Shown: positions 52,601-62,207 of the stretch, piece by piece
Position numbering within the stretch: position 1 is the first letter of the stretch
How the letters are laid out: each line of letters opens with the position of its first letter
DNA from: a bacterium
GTDB lineage: Bacteria; J088; JAWLBW01
DNA: 64,000 bases
Direction: 5' to 3'
NCBI GenBank assembly: GCA_041690355.1
Contig: JAWLHK010000021.1
Span: 1-64,000 of the forward strand
The notes under the pieces: model-generated
Told to the model about the DNA's origin: nothing
The model's input: only the letters and a program-made list of their open reading frames with translations
The model's database searches: none
Position numbers and translations under genes: made by a program

Positions 52601-54152
52601 CGAGCGTGATGGTCTGCTCGGCAAGCTCCAGGAAGTTGCCTGCGTCGTCGGCAACCCGCGCGAAGAGACGCTTCGGACCGTCGCCCGGCGACAGCAGGAA
52701 CGACTTCGCCGGGGCGTAGGAGAGCCAGGGCGTTCCATCGAACGCGCTGTCTTCGCTCACCATCAGCCGCGTGGCGCCCGAGACGTTGAAAGAGAGGGTC
52801 ACCAGCGTCGAACTCGTGGCCGCGCTGCCGCCGTTGACGAGGAACGGACTGCTCCCGGGTACGGGAGCCTGGGTATCGACTGTAACCGCCAGAGTGTACA
52901 TCGCGCTTGGGTTACCGGCTGCATCGCGTACCCAGAGGTAGCGTATGTAAGCGCCGTCACTGCCCAAGGGTACCTGCAGCGTCGGCTGAAACGGCAGCGT
53001 CGCGGCCGTCGCCAGGTCGCTCGTCCCCCCCAGGCGGATATCGGCGACGCCCGACCCGGGGTCGACGGCGGCGAGATTCACGAGCACATAATCGCGCGTA
53101 ACCGAACCATTGTTGAAGAGCGGCATCACGACCACCGGCGACGGCGGGGTTGCGTCGTAGAAGATACTTTTCGTGAGCAGCCGCGAGCGGTCGCCGTTCG
53201 CACCGATGTAGGCGACGCAAACCGTCTTCAAGCCTTCGTCAGTCCCGAGCGACCAGATCTTCTCCGCCTGATAGGGCTCGGGATCGTCCAGTACGCATCC
53301 GGCGGCAGTACCGTCGCTCGACGAACCGATCTGCATCGTTTCGGCGTTGATGCCGGTCAGCTCCAGGTTGACCTGCGCCGTGGCCGTAAAGCGTTCGTCC
53401 GGGGCGCCATCAAACCGCGAACCAATGACGCCGAACAGGCCGGTGACCGGACTCAGCACCACCGGCTCGAGAACGACCCGCCCGCTACCGGTCACCTGTA
53501 CGTTCGAAATCGTCACGCCCGGCAGCCCGGCACCCGCGGCCACCAGGTCGTAGACCCCCGCCGGAACGTCCGAGAACCGGTACGAGCCGTCATCGCCCGA
53601 CACTGTCTGCATCTCGACGGTCGCCGCTTGCGTAACGTCTGCGGCGGCGGGCGCATACCGCGGCGAAGAAGCCGCGGCCGAGCGGATGGAGCCCGTTTTA
53701 CGCAGTGTGAGCGATGCGCCCCCTGAGCTCACCCGTTCGTCCTGTTCGACCCGTTCAATCAGGGCCGACCCCAGAACATCGGCGCGTAACGCCCGCAGGG
53801 TGACCGGGCCGACCGCGACGTCCTCACCGATGCCGACGGTGATCGTCTGCGTGGCCGGCTCGAAATAGCGCGTGCGCATGCTGAGCCGGTAGGTGCCCGG
53901 CACGACCCCCGTCAGCTTCGCAACGCCCTGTGCGTCGGTATCGACACTGTAGGTTCGATCGCCATTCTGAACCTCGACCGTAATCTGTGCGTGATCCGAT
54001 TCTCCCTCGAGGGCCACGCGCGCATCCAGCGTCGCTCTGGCTTGCTTTTCGTCGGGTGATTTCGGGTCGAAAGGACCTTCGTGCGGAAGTTCCGTAGAGC
54101 ACGCGGCGAGGCCAAATGCCAGCACCAGGCAAAGTGAACGAGTTCGGACCAT
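46665..54152 (-). CDS. Giant (2495-aa) surface lipoprotein. N-terminal carboxypeptidase-regulatory-like domains, a long series of Ig-like/Big-like domains, and about 16 C-terminal ~45-aa beta-propeller-type repeats (consensus G.Y.SIAVD..G..HISYYD..N..LKYA)
   Basis: Lipobox MVRTRSLCLVLAFGLAAC and RBS GGAGGGG. CarbopepD-reg-like segments (TYRLSMRTRYFEPATQTITV). Repeated segments ...HISYYDSTNGNLKYATNQSGGWV..., ...HVSYYDVTNGDLKYATIESGVWV... and so on through the C-terminal 800 aa. Confidence 0.85.
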   Translation of the reverse strand: MVRTRSLCLVLAFGLAACSTELPHEGPFDPKSPDEKQARATLDARVALEGESDHAQITVEVQNGDRTYSVDTDAQGVAKLTGVVPGTYRLSMRTRYFEPATQTITVGIGEDVAVGPVTLRALRADVLGSALIERVEQDERVSSGGASLTLRKTGSIRSAAASSPRYAPAAADVTQAATVEMQTVSGDDGSYRFSDVPAGVYDLVAAGAGLPGVTISNVQVTGSGRVVLEPVVLSPVTGLFGVIGSRFDGAPDERFTATAQVNLELTGINAETMQIGSSSDGTAAGCVLDDPEPYQAEKIWSLGTDEGLKTVCVAYIGANGDRSRLLTKSIFYDATPPSPVVVMPLFNNGSVTRDYVLVNLAAVDPGSGVADIRLGGTSDLATAATLPFQPTLQVPLGSDGAYIRYLWVRDAAGNPSAMYTLAVTVDTQAPVPGSSPFLVNGGSAATSSTLVTLSFNVSGATRLMVSEDSAFDGTPWLSYAPAKSFLLSPGDGPKRLFARVADDAGNFLELAEQTITLDTKVPSSPYVDIQASVTSATTVQVNLGAAYVDEMMLSTAPYFSGATWEAVAPTRTVSFSGPDGTKVLYAKFRKTSGLETIPVSDSYVLDRTGPGYGSVVIHNGADYVASSNLALQLSAIDDTSGVQWMMLSESNDFSGAVPQAYQTGLVHPFTGGEGPRTIYVKFGDRAGNFGTAVSDSIIVDLNPPAVNFFRAEDSLGNPVTTINTTTIRLRLEAEDAVSPLQMRLSNNAGYTGAAWETYSPTRAWEVPAASDPAGENRLIYAQVRDAVGHVVDAGPLLVFVDTQGPTGVSISLADGEELTNDAAVSVALTATGASWAELSENAAFSNPVRFAMTGVTTYTFSGPDGIRTLYARIQDGAGNWSATVADTVQIDRIAPEAPQILINDGAQYSRTSTVTLSLAAIGAAEMSFSDDGVNFGAWEPFATQRGYPLPGTDGIKAVYVKYRDAARNEEDAVRDEIILDREAPTGGGIVVANGQGYTREQTVVLSLTATGASLMQVSEDNGFTGVSWEPFAAAKPFVLSNGQGPKTVYARFQDEAGWVTNFISDGITFDSIAPGNNSLAINGGSFATSSTAVTLTIGTNEPEAEMRISERSDFEGSGWEPHVSPRSFDLSVGDGAKAVYLQLRDPAGNESVALSQSIILDTQHPVGAIVVNQGAARTSASVVTLSLSASDGGSGLAGIRIANSEAALATTDVVAYEATKIWTLAEPTGPGLESQKTVWLQAVDQGGLVSTPVFDTITYDTLGPTGTVSIGVSRTKDTLVGVDLTYAADTTHMKISNGDSCAGGNWVEASPQTLWSIPSLEGESWISVRFRDGALNESANCYATAVTLDRTGPTPRIFTVRGNAEAKPGYSNTANLTIASSTLAADCDYAELSEDLGFIAPTGTVMGCTLSDFAYSLVNADDGFHDVYLRYFDTLGNAGPVTKATLVLDTSIPQTSIAGGFTILEGEWVNSTAITLQLSSSGATQAKVGEGGGCAFVPEAYTTTRSMTLSGGDGEKTISVQYANDAGSESACYARTVTLDTQVDPFTVSLQGHDGLTGTTASRAVTVTVLGVDLTDAVEMRVSNLASFTGASWEPIASSFDWYLPDGDGTKSVFMAVRDRARNEVVASGSIVLDQTPPNAPALQVIDVDGDGFALSANTVELSWGLVSGASRVELMRFVNGKDQNFGLLASLVPPQVTYVDSVTQPGFKHNYRARAIDAYGNASDWSIIASAQPNSPITTVTWTRRADGLTQYDFLVGTGTFSIVGEYQYDDVTGVTHTEQLLSNATSWVRTPPGARRFNEKLLFRVANQDNSLVQLSTVPLRLSERIAVESSSSHMPEFMSLGLDAVGGAHVAYHEYLSGGLVYGTDSGGAWETTYIEAGQVGKYASIAVDNTGKSHISYYDSTNGNLKYATNQSGGWVPTTVDNVVENVGQYTDIAVDASGIPHVSYYDVTNGDLKYATIESGVWVTTAVDATIADVGRYTSIALDSSGEPHISYYDVTNGGLKYAYRAAGTWSVSTLESGSLVGQHSSLVVDAQDKIHISYSVFGPRLRYGTNAGGGWSSVEVDGGNNGWYSSLGLDGEGHVHISYYTAAGADLKYATNAGGSFSVSTLDSAGSVGFFTSLAVSRYGDVHIAYQDSTNRYLKYVVLVESSLHSETVDGFSLSGRAGTYSSLSVDAEGRSHVSYYHEDAQDLKYAEGYPAGATQGWSIATIDSPGSVGQHTSLRLDAGGNPHISYYDTSNTSLKYARNVSGFWEIETVDDVGDVGEFSSMAFDSAGDVHIAYVDRTNLQVKYARQAGGLWQVETVASWWNNRPSLGIDANDVAHLSFYSASSLKYAQNSDGTWSVVTVDSNSGMYSSLALDAQGAVHISYRGNDGSQLKYATNQGGIWTVAVVDSLGFNGLYTSIVVDSRGAIHISYIESADDDLKYATNASGRWVTAILDSDSYVQADTALALDGEDRGYISYYDFLSKSLKVVHRFNGRLEASDVTLVSVF

Positions 54153-54354
54153 GGCCCCTCCGGTGAGTAATCAAAAAACTACTCTAGTCGATCAGGGGAT
54201 GGAGGGCAAATACGCCCACGGAGAATATGGCCGGCCGTGGCGGCTGCATGGGCTCGGGCGCACGGAGTGTCCTATGTTCCCGAAGCGACGAGTCTCCGCC
54301 TGAAACGCCTCGACTTCACCGGGGATCACCGCGAGCCTCTTGTGGCCGCGCAGC

Positions 54355-54909
54355 TCAGAAGCTCGATCCCGGCTCCTCGAGAAAGCGCAGTTCTTCGGCG
54401 GTCGACTCGCGCCCCAGAATCCGGTTCCGGTGCGGATACCGGCCAAAGCGATCGATGATCGCCTTGTGGCGCAGCTCGAAGTCGTAGCTCTCCGCCGGCG
54501 TGTGCACGCGGAACAGTTCCGCGGCCTGCGCGTGGATCGCCCGCGACTCGCTGTGCATGTAGGGCATAAGTAGAAAGCCGCGTTCCATTTCCGTCAGCGC
54601 GTCGAGCGCCCCCGCCGCCACCGCCTCCTGGGCCAGCACGAGCGCCATCGGGTCGTGGGCGAAGGCCAGCGGCGTGTTCCGGTGGATGTTCCGCGAGAGC
54701 TGGTCGAGCAGGAGAATTTCGGCCAGGCGGCCCCGCGGCGTCGACCGCCACGCATACAGTTCCCCCTGGGCCGCCGCCCCGTGCAGACCGCCGAACCGCG
54801 TGCGGATCCGCGCATCCAGCTGCGGATCGGCCGTCCACCAGGCCGCAGGGTCGACTTCGTCGAACCAGAAGGTGAGCACGGAGTCGGGCATGGGTTGGTC
54901 AGGGGGCAT
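54355..54909 (-). CDS. DUF924 family protein
   Basis: N-terminus ...DSVLTFWFDEVDPAAWW... with typical DUF924 length (about 180 aa). Start chosen at an internal ATG. Confidence 0.5.
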   Translation of the reverse strand: MPPDQPMPDSVLTFWFDEVDPAAWWTADPQLDARIRTRFGGLHGAAAQGELYAWRSTPRGRLAEILLLDQLSRNIHRNTPLAFAHDPMALVLAQEAVAAGALDALTEMERGFLLMPYMHSESRAIHAQAAELFRVHTPAESYDFELRHKAIIDRFGRYPHRNRILGRESTAEELRFLEEPGSSF

Positions 54910-54914
54910 TACGC

Positions 54915-55031
54915 CTAGGCCTCGTTGTAGGCTCGTTCGAGCACTTCGGGGTTTGGAAACGTCGCGGTATAGAACTCGATCGCCGCTTCGAGCTGGCCGT
55001 TGAACATGAGAAAAGGGGTCACTTTGTTCAT
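54915..55031 (-). pseudogene. 38-codon remnant of a PhnB/VOC (glyoxalase-like) family gene N-terminus
   Basis: MNKVTPFLMFNGQLEAAIEFYTATFPNPEVLERAYNEA* with RBS GGAGA upstream. It matches only the N-terminal beta-alpha-beta of about 140-aa PhnB-like proteins, then hits a TAG. The DUF924 gene starts 4 nt later. Confidence 0.35.
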
Positions 55032-55215
55032 GGGAGTTTCTCCGCTGTGAGGGCGATGCACTTCTCCGCCCAACTCCGACGGTGACCGGCGGCAACCAGG
55101 TTCACCCCTTTGGTAGATGAGACCGCTTTGGTTGGCCTCCGGTCGAGTTGGTGTTAGGTGCGGTGAGCCACGGGCCGGTTCTTCACGAACACTTTTGCTT
55201 CCGCTTCCTTCACCC

Positions 55216-58200
55216 TTACCGGTAGAGCATGGCGCTCTGCAGCAGGCCCATTCCGTAGCCGCCCGCGATGAGCACGCTGCCGTCGGGCAGCGGGGTCGCC
55301 GTGTGAACGTACCGCCCCGATCCCAACGTGCCCGTGGGCCCGAAGACGCCCCCCACCGGGTCATACAGCTCGGCGGCCCAGAGCGGGGCGCCGTTAATCC
55401 CGCCCGCGATGAGCACCTTGCCGCTGGGCAGCAAGGTCGCCGTGTGTATGTAGCGCGCCGTGCCTAGCGCACCCGTGGCCATGAACGTCTCCGTGACCGG
55501 ATCGTACAGCTCGGCGCTTGCCAGGGTGCCGTTCGCCGTGTCGTACCCGCCGGCGAAGAGCACCTTGCCGGTGGGCAGCATCGTCGCCGTGTGCACGTAG
55601 CGCGACATCACGAGGGAGCCGGTGGGAGTGAAGACGCCGGTCGCCGGGTCGTACAGCTCCGCGCTTGCCAACGCCGCGGCGCCGAAGCCGCCTGCGATGA
55701 GCACGAGCCCATTGGGCAGCAGCGTCGCCGTATGGTAATACCGCGCGGTCGCCATCGAGCCCGTGGCCGCGAAGGTTCCCGCGCTCGGGTAGTACAGCTC
55801 GGCGCTCGCCAAGACGGCGCCGCCGTCGCTGCCGCCGGTGAGGAGCACATTGCCGTTGGGCAACAGCGTGGCCGTGTGGTACTTTCGCGCCGCGACCATG
55901 GCGCCGGTGGTCACGAAGGTACTCGTGGCCGGATCATACAACTCGGCGCTCGCCGCCCCGTCGATTCCGCCGGCGATGAGTACTTCGCCGTTGGGCAGCA
56001 AGGTCGCCGTATGGTTTTGCCGGGCCGCCCCCATGGAGTTCGTCGTCGCGAAGGTTCCCGCGCTCGGATCGTACAGCTCGGCGCCCGCCATGGCGGCTCC
56101 GTCGTAGCCGCCCGCCATGAGCACCAAACCGTTGGGTAGCAAGGTCGAACTGTGATCGTATCGTCCGGCGACCAAGCCGCCCGTCTCCAGAAACGTGCCC
56201 GGCGCCGGCATGTCGGGATCGTACAACTCGACGCCCGCCAAGAGACCGGCCATATCCTGGCCCCCCGCAATGAGTACCTTACCGTTGTCCAGAAGGGTTG
56301 CCGTATGAAAAAAACGGGCGTCGGCCAAGAACCAGGCGCCATGGAATGCGCCCGTTTCCGGATCGTAAATCTCGGCGCCCGCCGTGGCGGCGCTTGCGAA
56401 ATAATCGGCGCCCCCCGCCATGAGCACCCTGCCGTTGGGTAGCAAGGTCGCCGTATGAAATGCACGGACCGCAGCCATGGAGCCCGTGGGCGTGAATACG
56501 CCCGTGGCAGGATCGTAGATCTCCGAGGTCGCGAAGGAGATGTAGCCATAGCCCACGTCATAGCCCCAGCCCCCCGCAACGAGCACTTTGCCGTTGGGCA
56601 GCAGGGTCGCCGTGTGATGGGCACGCGCCGTGCTCATCGATCCCGTGGGCGTAAATGTGCCCGTCGCCGGATCGTACAGTTCGGCGCTCGCAATGAAGGT
56701 CCAGCCGGCGTCGTCAACATAGCCTCCTGAAATGAGCACCTTGCCGTTGGGCAGCAGCGTCGCCCTGGGAACTTGGCGCGCCGTGCCCATCAAACCCGTG
56801 GGCGTGAATACGCCCGTCTCCGGATCGTACAGTTCGGCGCTCGCAAGGGGCACCCAAGAATAGCCCCCCGCAACGAGCACCTTACCGTTGGGCAGCAAAA
56901 TTGCCGTGTGCTCTTCCCGAGCGCTACCCATGGAACCCGTGGGCGTGAAGGTGCCGGTCGTCGGATTGTACAGCTCGGCGCTCGCGCCCCCCCCAGAGCC
57001 CCCCGTGATGAGCACTTTGCCGTCGGGCAGCAGGGTCGCGGTGTGATTGATCCGCGCCGCGCCCATGGAACCCGTGGGCGTGAAAGTGTCGGTCGTTGGA
57101 TCGTACAGTTCCGCGCTTGCGAGGGCGGCGTTTCCGGAGTCCTGACCGCCGGCAAGGAGCATGAGACCGTTGGGTAGCAGGGTCGCCGTATGGTAGAGCC
57201 GTGCCGTGCCTGGGGAACCCGTGGGCGAAAAGGTGCCTGTGCCCGGCTCGTACAGCTCTGCCGAGGGGTCACTTAAGACGGCGCTCATGTCGGCGCCCCC
57301 CGTGATGAGCATCCATCCGTTGGGCAACAGGGTCGCCGTGTGGCCACCACGGCCGACGGCGAAAGACAAAGCGGGGATGAACCCGCCCCAATCCGCCTCG
57401 TACAGCTCGGCGCTTGCCAAGGCGGTGCCTCCGATGGAGTACCCCCCCGCGATGAGCACGCCACCATTGGGCAACAGGGTCGCCGTGTGATACATGCGCG
57501 CCGCGCCCATCGAACCCGTGGGCGCAAAGGTGCCGGCGTCCGGATCGTACAGCTCGGCGCTCGCCAAGATGGCGGCGCCGTCAAAGCCCCCCGCAACGAG
57601 CACTTTGCCGTTGGGCAGCAGGGTCGCCGTGTGAAGGGCACGCGCCGCGCCCATCGAACCCGTGGGCGTAAATGTGCCGGCGCCCGGGTCGTACAGCTCG
57701 GCGCTCGCCAAATAGCCGGCGCCTGTATTATGGCTACCCGCGATGAGTACCTTGCCGTCGGCAAGCAGGGTCGCCGTGTGGCCATACCGCGCCGCGCCCA
57801 TCGAACCCGTGGGCGCAAAGGTGCCGGTTCCCGGATCGTACAGCTCGGCGCTCGCCAGATAGTTGGACGTGCTCGGTGTATAGCCCCCCACGATGAGTAG
57901 GAGACCGTTGGGCAGCAGGGTCGCCGTGTGATCCTGCCGGCCCGTGCTCATCGAACCCGTGGGCGTGAAGGTGCCGGTGCCCGGATCGTACAGCTCGGCG
58001 CTCGCGCCCCCCCCAGTGCCCCCTGCGACGAGCACCTTACCGTTGGGCAACAGGGTCGCGGTGTGATTGCCCCGCGCCGCGCCCATGGAACCCGTGGGCG
58101 TGAAAGTGTCGGTCGTTGGATCGTACAGTTCCGCGCTTGCGAGGGCGGCGCTTCCGGAGCCCAGACCGCCGGCGAGGAGCACCTTGCCGTTGGGCAGCGG

Positions 58201-60864
58201 GGTCGCCGTATGGTTGTACCGTCCCGTGCCTAGAGAGCTCCGGGTCGACGCCGGGATCGTCTTGGCGCTCCACGCGGTCGGCCCGCTTGCGTAACCATCG
58301 GTCGGCGTCACGACTACCTTCCAGGTATCACCGGCCGTTAGCAATGCCTTGACGACGCCCATGGTCGCAGCGGCGAAGCTCTGATCGACGCCGTTCTTGA
58401 ACCACTGGTAGGTATACGTGACGGTGTCGATCGGGTCGGCGTCGGTGGAGGCCATCGAGAAGGCCACGAAGAGGTCGTCGCCGGCGGTATAGGCCTGGGG
58501 CTCGAGCGTGATGCTCGGCTGGGTTGGCACGCTGTTCTGAACGACGACGACGTTCGAATCCAGCGCGTTACCGTTGTCGGCGCCGTCGAAAGGCACGATC
58601 CGCAAGAAGACCGCGTCGCCGTGGGCGAAGGCGGCCCCCGTGAGCGTCGCGGCCGTGATGCCGCTCGCGGCGCTGTTCACGTACCACATGCGCTGATAGG
58701 TCACCGTGTCGCCGTCGTCGTCGTGGCTCGCGGAAGTAAACGCGAACGTCGAGGTCTCGTAGGCGGTCAAGGGCGTGATGCTCACCGAATCCATGACCGG
58801 CAGGCGGTTCTGAATCGTGACCACCGGCGCCGTCACGAAGCCGCTGTAGGCGGCCCCGTCGAAGGCGCGGGCCGCGACGGTGACCGTGTCGCCCCGCGCG
58901 TAGCCGGTGTTGATGCTCGCCGTGCTCGCGACGGCGACTCCATTCACGAACCAGCGGTACTCGGCCGACGGTACGTCGCCCGTGTCGGCGTCGCCGACGC
59001 CGAGCGCCGCCGCCGTGAGCGTGCTGGTGTTGTAGAAGGGGCCGCTGCCGAAGCCGACCGAGGAGATCGTCGGCGGCGTGTTGACGATGGCCACTGCATT
59101 CGAGCTCACGGCCAACCCGTAGGCTGCGCCGTCATAGGGCGTGACGAGCACGTAGACCGTGTCGCCCTTTGTGAGTAAGGCGCCCGAGAGCAAAGCGCCT
59201 GTCTCGCCCACGGCCGGCACCCCCGCGACGTACCACTGGTACGTGAGCACCGGCGCGTCGGCGGGGTCGGCGTCGGCGAGGCCGGTGTACCCGTCTACGT
59301 AGAACGTGGCGTCGATACCGTAGGCCGGCGAGCCGAGCGACGTGATCGTAGCCGAAGCGAGCGCCGGCGCGCTGTTTAGGATGGTGACGGTATTCGAGTC
59401 CAGGGGCGTGCCGGCTTGGGTACCGTCCCAAGGCGTGATCCGCAGATAGACCGTGTCGCCATGTTCGAAATTCGCGCCCGTCAGCGTCGTGCCGGTCACG
59501 CCGTTGGCCGAGCCGTTGACGTACCACATGCGCTGATAGGCCACCGTGTCGCCGTCGTCGTCGCTGCTCGTGGCCGTGAAATTGAACGTCGACGTTTCGT
59601 AGGCGGTCAAGGGCGTGATGCTCAGCGAATCCATGACCGGCAGGCGGTTCTGAATCGTGACCGCCGGCGCCGTGACGTAGCCGCTATAGGCCGCGCCGTC
59701 GTAGGCGCGGGCCGCGACCGTAACCGTGTCGCCCTTGGCGTAGCCGCTGCTGATACTCGCGGTGCTCGCGACGAGCAAGCCGTTGACGAACCAGCGGTAC
59801 ACCGCCGAGGGCGCGTCGCTCGCATCGGGGTCGGCGACGCCGAGCGCGCCCGCCGTGAGCGTGCTCGTATTGTAGAAGGGCCCGCTGCCGAAACTTACGG
59901 ATGTGATCGTCGGCGCGCTGTTCAGAATCGTGATCGTGGCGGCATACAGCGGCGCGCTCGTGGCCTCGCCGTCGCTCGCTGTGACGGCGAGGGCGATCTC
60001 GTCGTTCTTTGCGTAGGCCGTATTGGCGATTGTTGCCATCGTGGACGCGGGCACGCCGTTCACATACCACTGAAAGCCGAAGGTGAGGCCGTCGCCGTCG
60101 GCGTCGGTCGCGCTCGGCGTGGCCGTGATGGCGGTCGTCAACTCGGAGTACGGCGCCACGCCGCTCAGCGTGACGCTCGTCATGACCGGCGCGCTGTTGC
60201 CGATCGTGACGGTCGCCGACGCGACGATTTCGCTCTCGTCGATGCCGTCGTCGTAGGTGACGCGAACGACGACCTGGTCGCCTTTGTCGAAGGCGGCGCC
60301 GTCGAGGGTCTGGAACGTTGCGCCGGCACCCTTGCGCACCGACGCGCCGTTCACGTGCCAGTCGTAGGTCATGTTCGCCGGCTTGAGCGGATTGTCGGCC
60401 GGGTCGGCGTCTACGGCTGCGACGGTCGCCGTGAGGGTGCTCGTTTCGAGGTAGGGTCCGGCCGAGAGGTCGACGCGCTCGACCACCGGCGCGGCGTTGT
60501 CGATTGTCACGACCTTGCTCCAGGTCGGAGCGCCGGCGGTGTCGCCGTCCCACGGTACGACCTCGGTCTGCACCGTGTCGCCGCGGCTGAAGTCGTCGCC
60601 GGTCAGCTCGTCAGCGGTCACGCCGGCGTCCTTGCCGTTCACGTACCAGGCGTAGCGGTAGCTCGGTTCGGCGCCGCTCGGCGTCGACCCTCCCTGCGGG
60701 GTGGCCGTGATGGTCGTGTTCTCGTCGTAGGGGCCGGCGCTCAGCGCCACGCGCTCGAGGCTGGGAGCGGTGGGGAGCGGCCCGGGCTGCTTCGAATCGG
60801 TCTCGGAACACCCTGCGGCCGCCAAGAGGGCGGCGGCCAAGACGCTGATTTTTGCGAACTGCAT
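55216..60864 (-). CDS. Giant (about 1880-aa) Kelch-repeat lipoprotein. About 12 N-terminal ~100-aa Ig-like repeats (Y.WYVNG...) are followed by about 28 Kelch/galactose-oxidase-type beta-propeller blades
   Basis: Lipobox [19 protein letters not shown] and RBS AAGGAG. Blades of the form [16 protein letters not shown]...[20 protein letters not shown] are repeated throughout the C-terminal 1100 aa. Confidence 0.85.
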   Translation of the reverse strand: MQFAKISVLAAALLAAAGCSETDSKQPGPLPTAPSLERVALSAGPYDENTTITATPQGGSTPSGAEPSYRYAWYVNGKDAGVTADELTGDDFSRGDTVQTEVVPWDGDTAGAPTWSKVVTIDNAAPVVERVDLSAGPYLETSTLTATVAAVDADPADNPLKPANMTYDWHVNGASVRKGAGATFQTLDGAAFDKGDQVVVRVTYDDGIDESEIVASATVTIGNSAPVMTSVTLSGVAPYSELTTAITATPSATDADGDGLTFGFQWYVNGVPASTMATIANTAYAKNDEIALAVTASDGEATSAPLYAATITILNSAPTITSVSFGSGPFYNTSTLTAGALGVADPDASDAPSAVYRWFVNGLLVASTASISSGYAKGDTVTVAARAYDGAAYSGYVTAPAVTIQNRLPVMDSLSITPLTAYETSTFNFTATSSDDDGDTVAYQRMWYVNGSANGVTGTTLTGANFEHGDTVYLRITPWDGTQAGTPLDSNTVTILNSAPALASATITSLGSPAYGIDATFYVDGYTGLADADPADAPVLTYQWYVAGVPAVGETGALLSGALLTKGDTVYVLVTPYDGAAYGLAVSSNAVAIVNTPPTISSVGFGSGPFYNTSTLTAAALGVGDADTGDVPSAEYRWFVNGVAVASTASINTGYARGDTVTVAARAFDGAAYSGFVTAPVVTIQNRLPVMDSVSITPLTAYETSTFAFTSASHDDDGDTVTYQRMWYVNSAASGITAATLTGAAFAHGDAVFLRIVPFDGADNGNALDSNVVVVQNSVPTQPSITLEPQAYTAGDDLFVAFSMASTDADPIDTVTYTYQWFKNGVDQSFAAATMGVVKALLTAGDTWKVVVTPTDGYASGPTAWSAKTIPASTRSSLGTGRYNHTATPLPNGKVLLAGGLGSGSAALASAELYDPTTDTFTPTGSMGAARGNHTATLLPNGKVLVAGGTGGGASAELYDPGTGTFTPTGSMSTGRQDHTATLLPNGLLLIVGGYTPSTSNYLASAELYDPGTGTFAPTGSMGAARYGHTATLLADGKVLIAGSHNTGAGYLASAELYDPGAGTFTPTGSMGAARALHTATLLPNGKVLVAGGFDGAAILASAELYDPDAGTFAPTGSMGAARMYHTATLLPNGGVLIAGGYSIGGTALASAELYEADWGGFIPALSFAVGRGGHTATLLPNGWMLITGGADMSAVLSDPSAELYEPGTGTFSPTGSPGTARLYHTATLLPNGLMLLAGGQDSGNAALASAELYDPTTDTFTPTGSMGAARINHTATLLPDGKVLITGGSGGGASAELYNPTTGTFTPTGSMGSAREEHTAILLPNGKVLVAGGYSWVPLASAELYDPETGVFTPTGLMGTARQVPRATLLPNGKVLISGGYVDDAGWTFIASAELYDPATGTFTPTGSMSTARAHHTATLLPNGKVLVAGGWGYDVGYGYISFATSEIYDPATGVFTPTGSMAAVRAFHTATLLPNGRVLMAGGADYFASAATAGAEIYDPETGAFHGAWFLADARFFHTATLLDNGKVLIAGGQDMAGLLAGVELYDPDMPAPGTFLETGGLVAGRYDHSSTLLPNGLVLMAGGYDGAAMAGAELYDPSAGTFATTNSMGAARQNHTATLLPNGEVLIAGGIDGAASAELYDPATSTFVTTGAMVAARKYHTATLLPNGNVLLTGGSDGGAVLASAELYYPSAGTFAATGSMATARYYHTATLLPNGLVLIAGGFGAAALASAELYDPATGVFTPTGSLVMSRYVHTATMLPTGKVLFAGGYDTANGTLASAELYDPVTETFMATGALGTARYIHTATLLPSGKVLIAGGINGAPLWAAELYDPVGGVFGPTGTLGSGRYVHTATPLPDGSVLIAGGYGMGLLQSAMLYR

Positions 60865-61774
60865 CGGTGCTCCTTCTCTTGGAAAGCCCCGTGAGTCACA
60901 CACGTGCGAGATGGAGCACCTTCGGCACGATCCGTGAAAGCCCCATGGACCGCCGACACGGGGGACCGACGAACCTCCGATATCTTATAGGAGGCGCCAT
61001 TGTACTGCAACTTGTTATGGTGGCCCTTTTTGGAGATCGCGATGTGCCGGTTGGCCAGGGAGTATCTACTGGCCTGTGCCAGGATGCGGGGGCAGGCAAG
61101 CCTAACGGTTTGCCAACCAGGGGCGCGCCTTTCTGCACATCATATCAAGTGCGCGCCCGCTATGCGCGTCCCCCTGCGTTGGCGTGTTAGCAGCTGGGGA
61201 GCCTGACCTACTTAGGACCGCACAAAAACTTGTTAAGGTCATGGACGTAGATGATGGAACTGTATACCTAAAAAATGCCGAAGATTGCGAATCCAACACT
61301 GAGCAAGATATTCTCGATTCGATTGTATTTCGCTCGGAATGCGGAGCTAAGGCTTGTTGCAATAAGTATTGCCACGTGCCATAGCTAAAGCCGACGGAAA
61401 CGCGACCAACGTCACTACATCCACGTATTCCAAAACGACAAAAGGCTTTTTCCGAGCTATTGTGACAAGCACAAAAGCAGAATAGAGAGAGCCAAAAACG
61501 CAACGTAAAGTCGTTTTATCCACATAGGCGTTGAAGGTGCAACGTTTTAGGTATGAGGGCAGCCTTTCAAAGGTTCGGGACAACGCTGTCGGCGGCTAAC
61601 ATCTACTGAACGGCTCGTCGCCGTCTTACATCCCGGCTTCGCGCCTGCCCAACGAGCGACAGCAAGTGTCCAGGAGGCCGGATTTGCTGGGCCCGGGGCA
61701 CAAGCGCGCGGGGCGTTAGGCGGCGCCAATGCTGAACACTATACCGAGCGGGCCGCCTGGCGCGCAATTGGAAG

Positions 61775-61830
61775 CGGGGGCGCGCCAAGCGCCGAGCGCC
61801 AAGCGCTGAGCGCCAACGAAACAAGAGCCA
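61775..61830. repeat. Copy of the GCGCCRA/GCGCTGA heptamer-array element with an AAACAAGAG tail
   Basis: gcgccaagcgccgagcgccaagcgctgagcgccaacgaaacaagagcca. Confidence 0.8.
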
Positions 61831-62071
61831 GGGTCAGGGCACGCGAGCAGACGTGCATACAGAGTGGTACTCGTTTCGACAACCGGAGAGTTTTCGCAGA
61901 GAATTTTCCGCGCCAGCCGCGCGGACGAGTGATTCAAGCCCCTTTGGCAGGCGTTGTGCGCAACCCTTCAGGCGCAGACCGGGTCCGCACGGGAGAAAGT
62001 CTCCGGGACTGGCCGCGCCGCTCTGTGCCGGCCGGCCCCACCCGCGTGGGTCACCCCTGGCGCGCCCCAAG

Positions 62072-62120
62072 GTAGAAAAACGAAGGCCCGGGCGCGTCGC
62101 GCCCGGGCCTGTTGATTTCT
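62072..62120 (-). terminator. Rho-independent terminator downstream of the NHL-repeat gene
   Basis: Hairpin gcccgggcgcg-tc-gcgcccgggc. On the minus strand it is followed by cttcgtttttct. Confidence 0.75.
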
Positions 62121-62207
62121 CCACGAAAACGCCGTCATCCCGACGACCAAAGCGGCGAGGGAGCTGAAGCCTCGCACCCCACCTCGAGAGGACGTGCGGT
62201 CCGTGGG

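Noticed and set aside
61850-62110. Possible structured ncRNA (SRP RNA, RNase P RNA or 6S RNA) in the long intergenic gap before the terminator
   Set aside because: I found no conserved SRP (GGAAGCAGC) or RNase P (GAAAGTCCGG, ACAGAA) motifs. The hairpin and T-run are better explained as the terminator of the minus-strand NHL gene.
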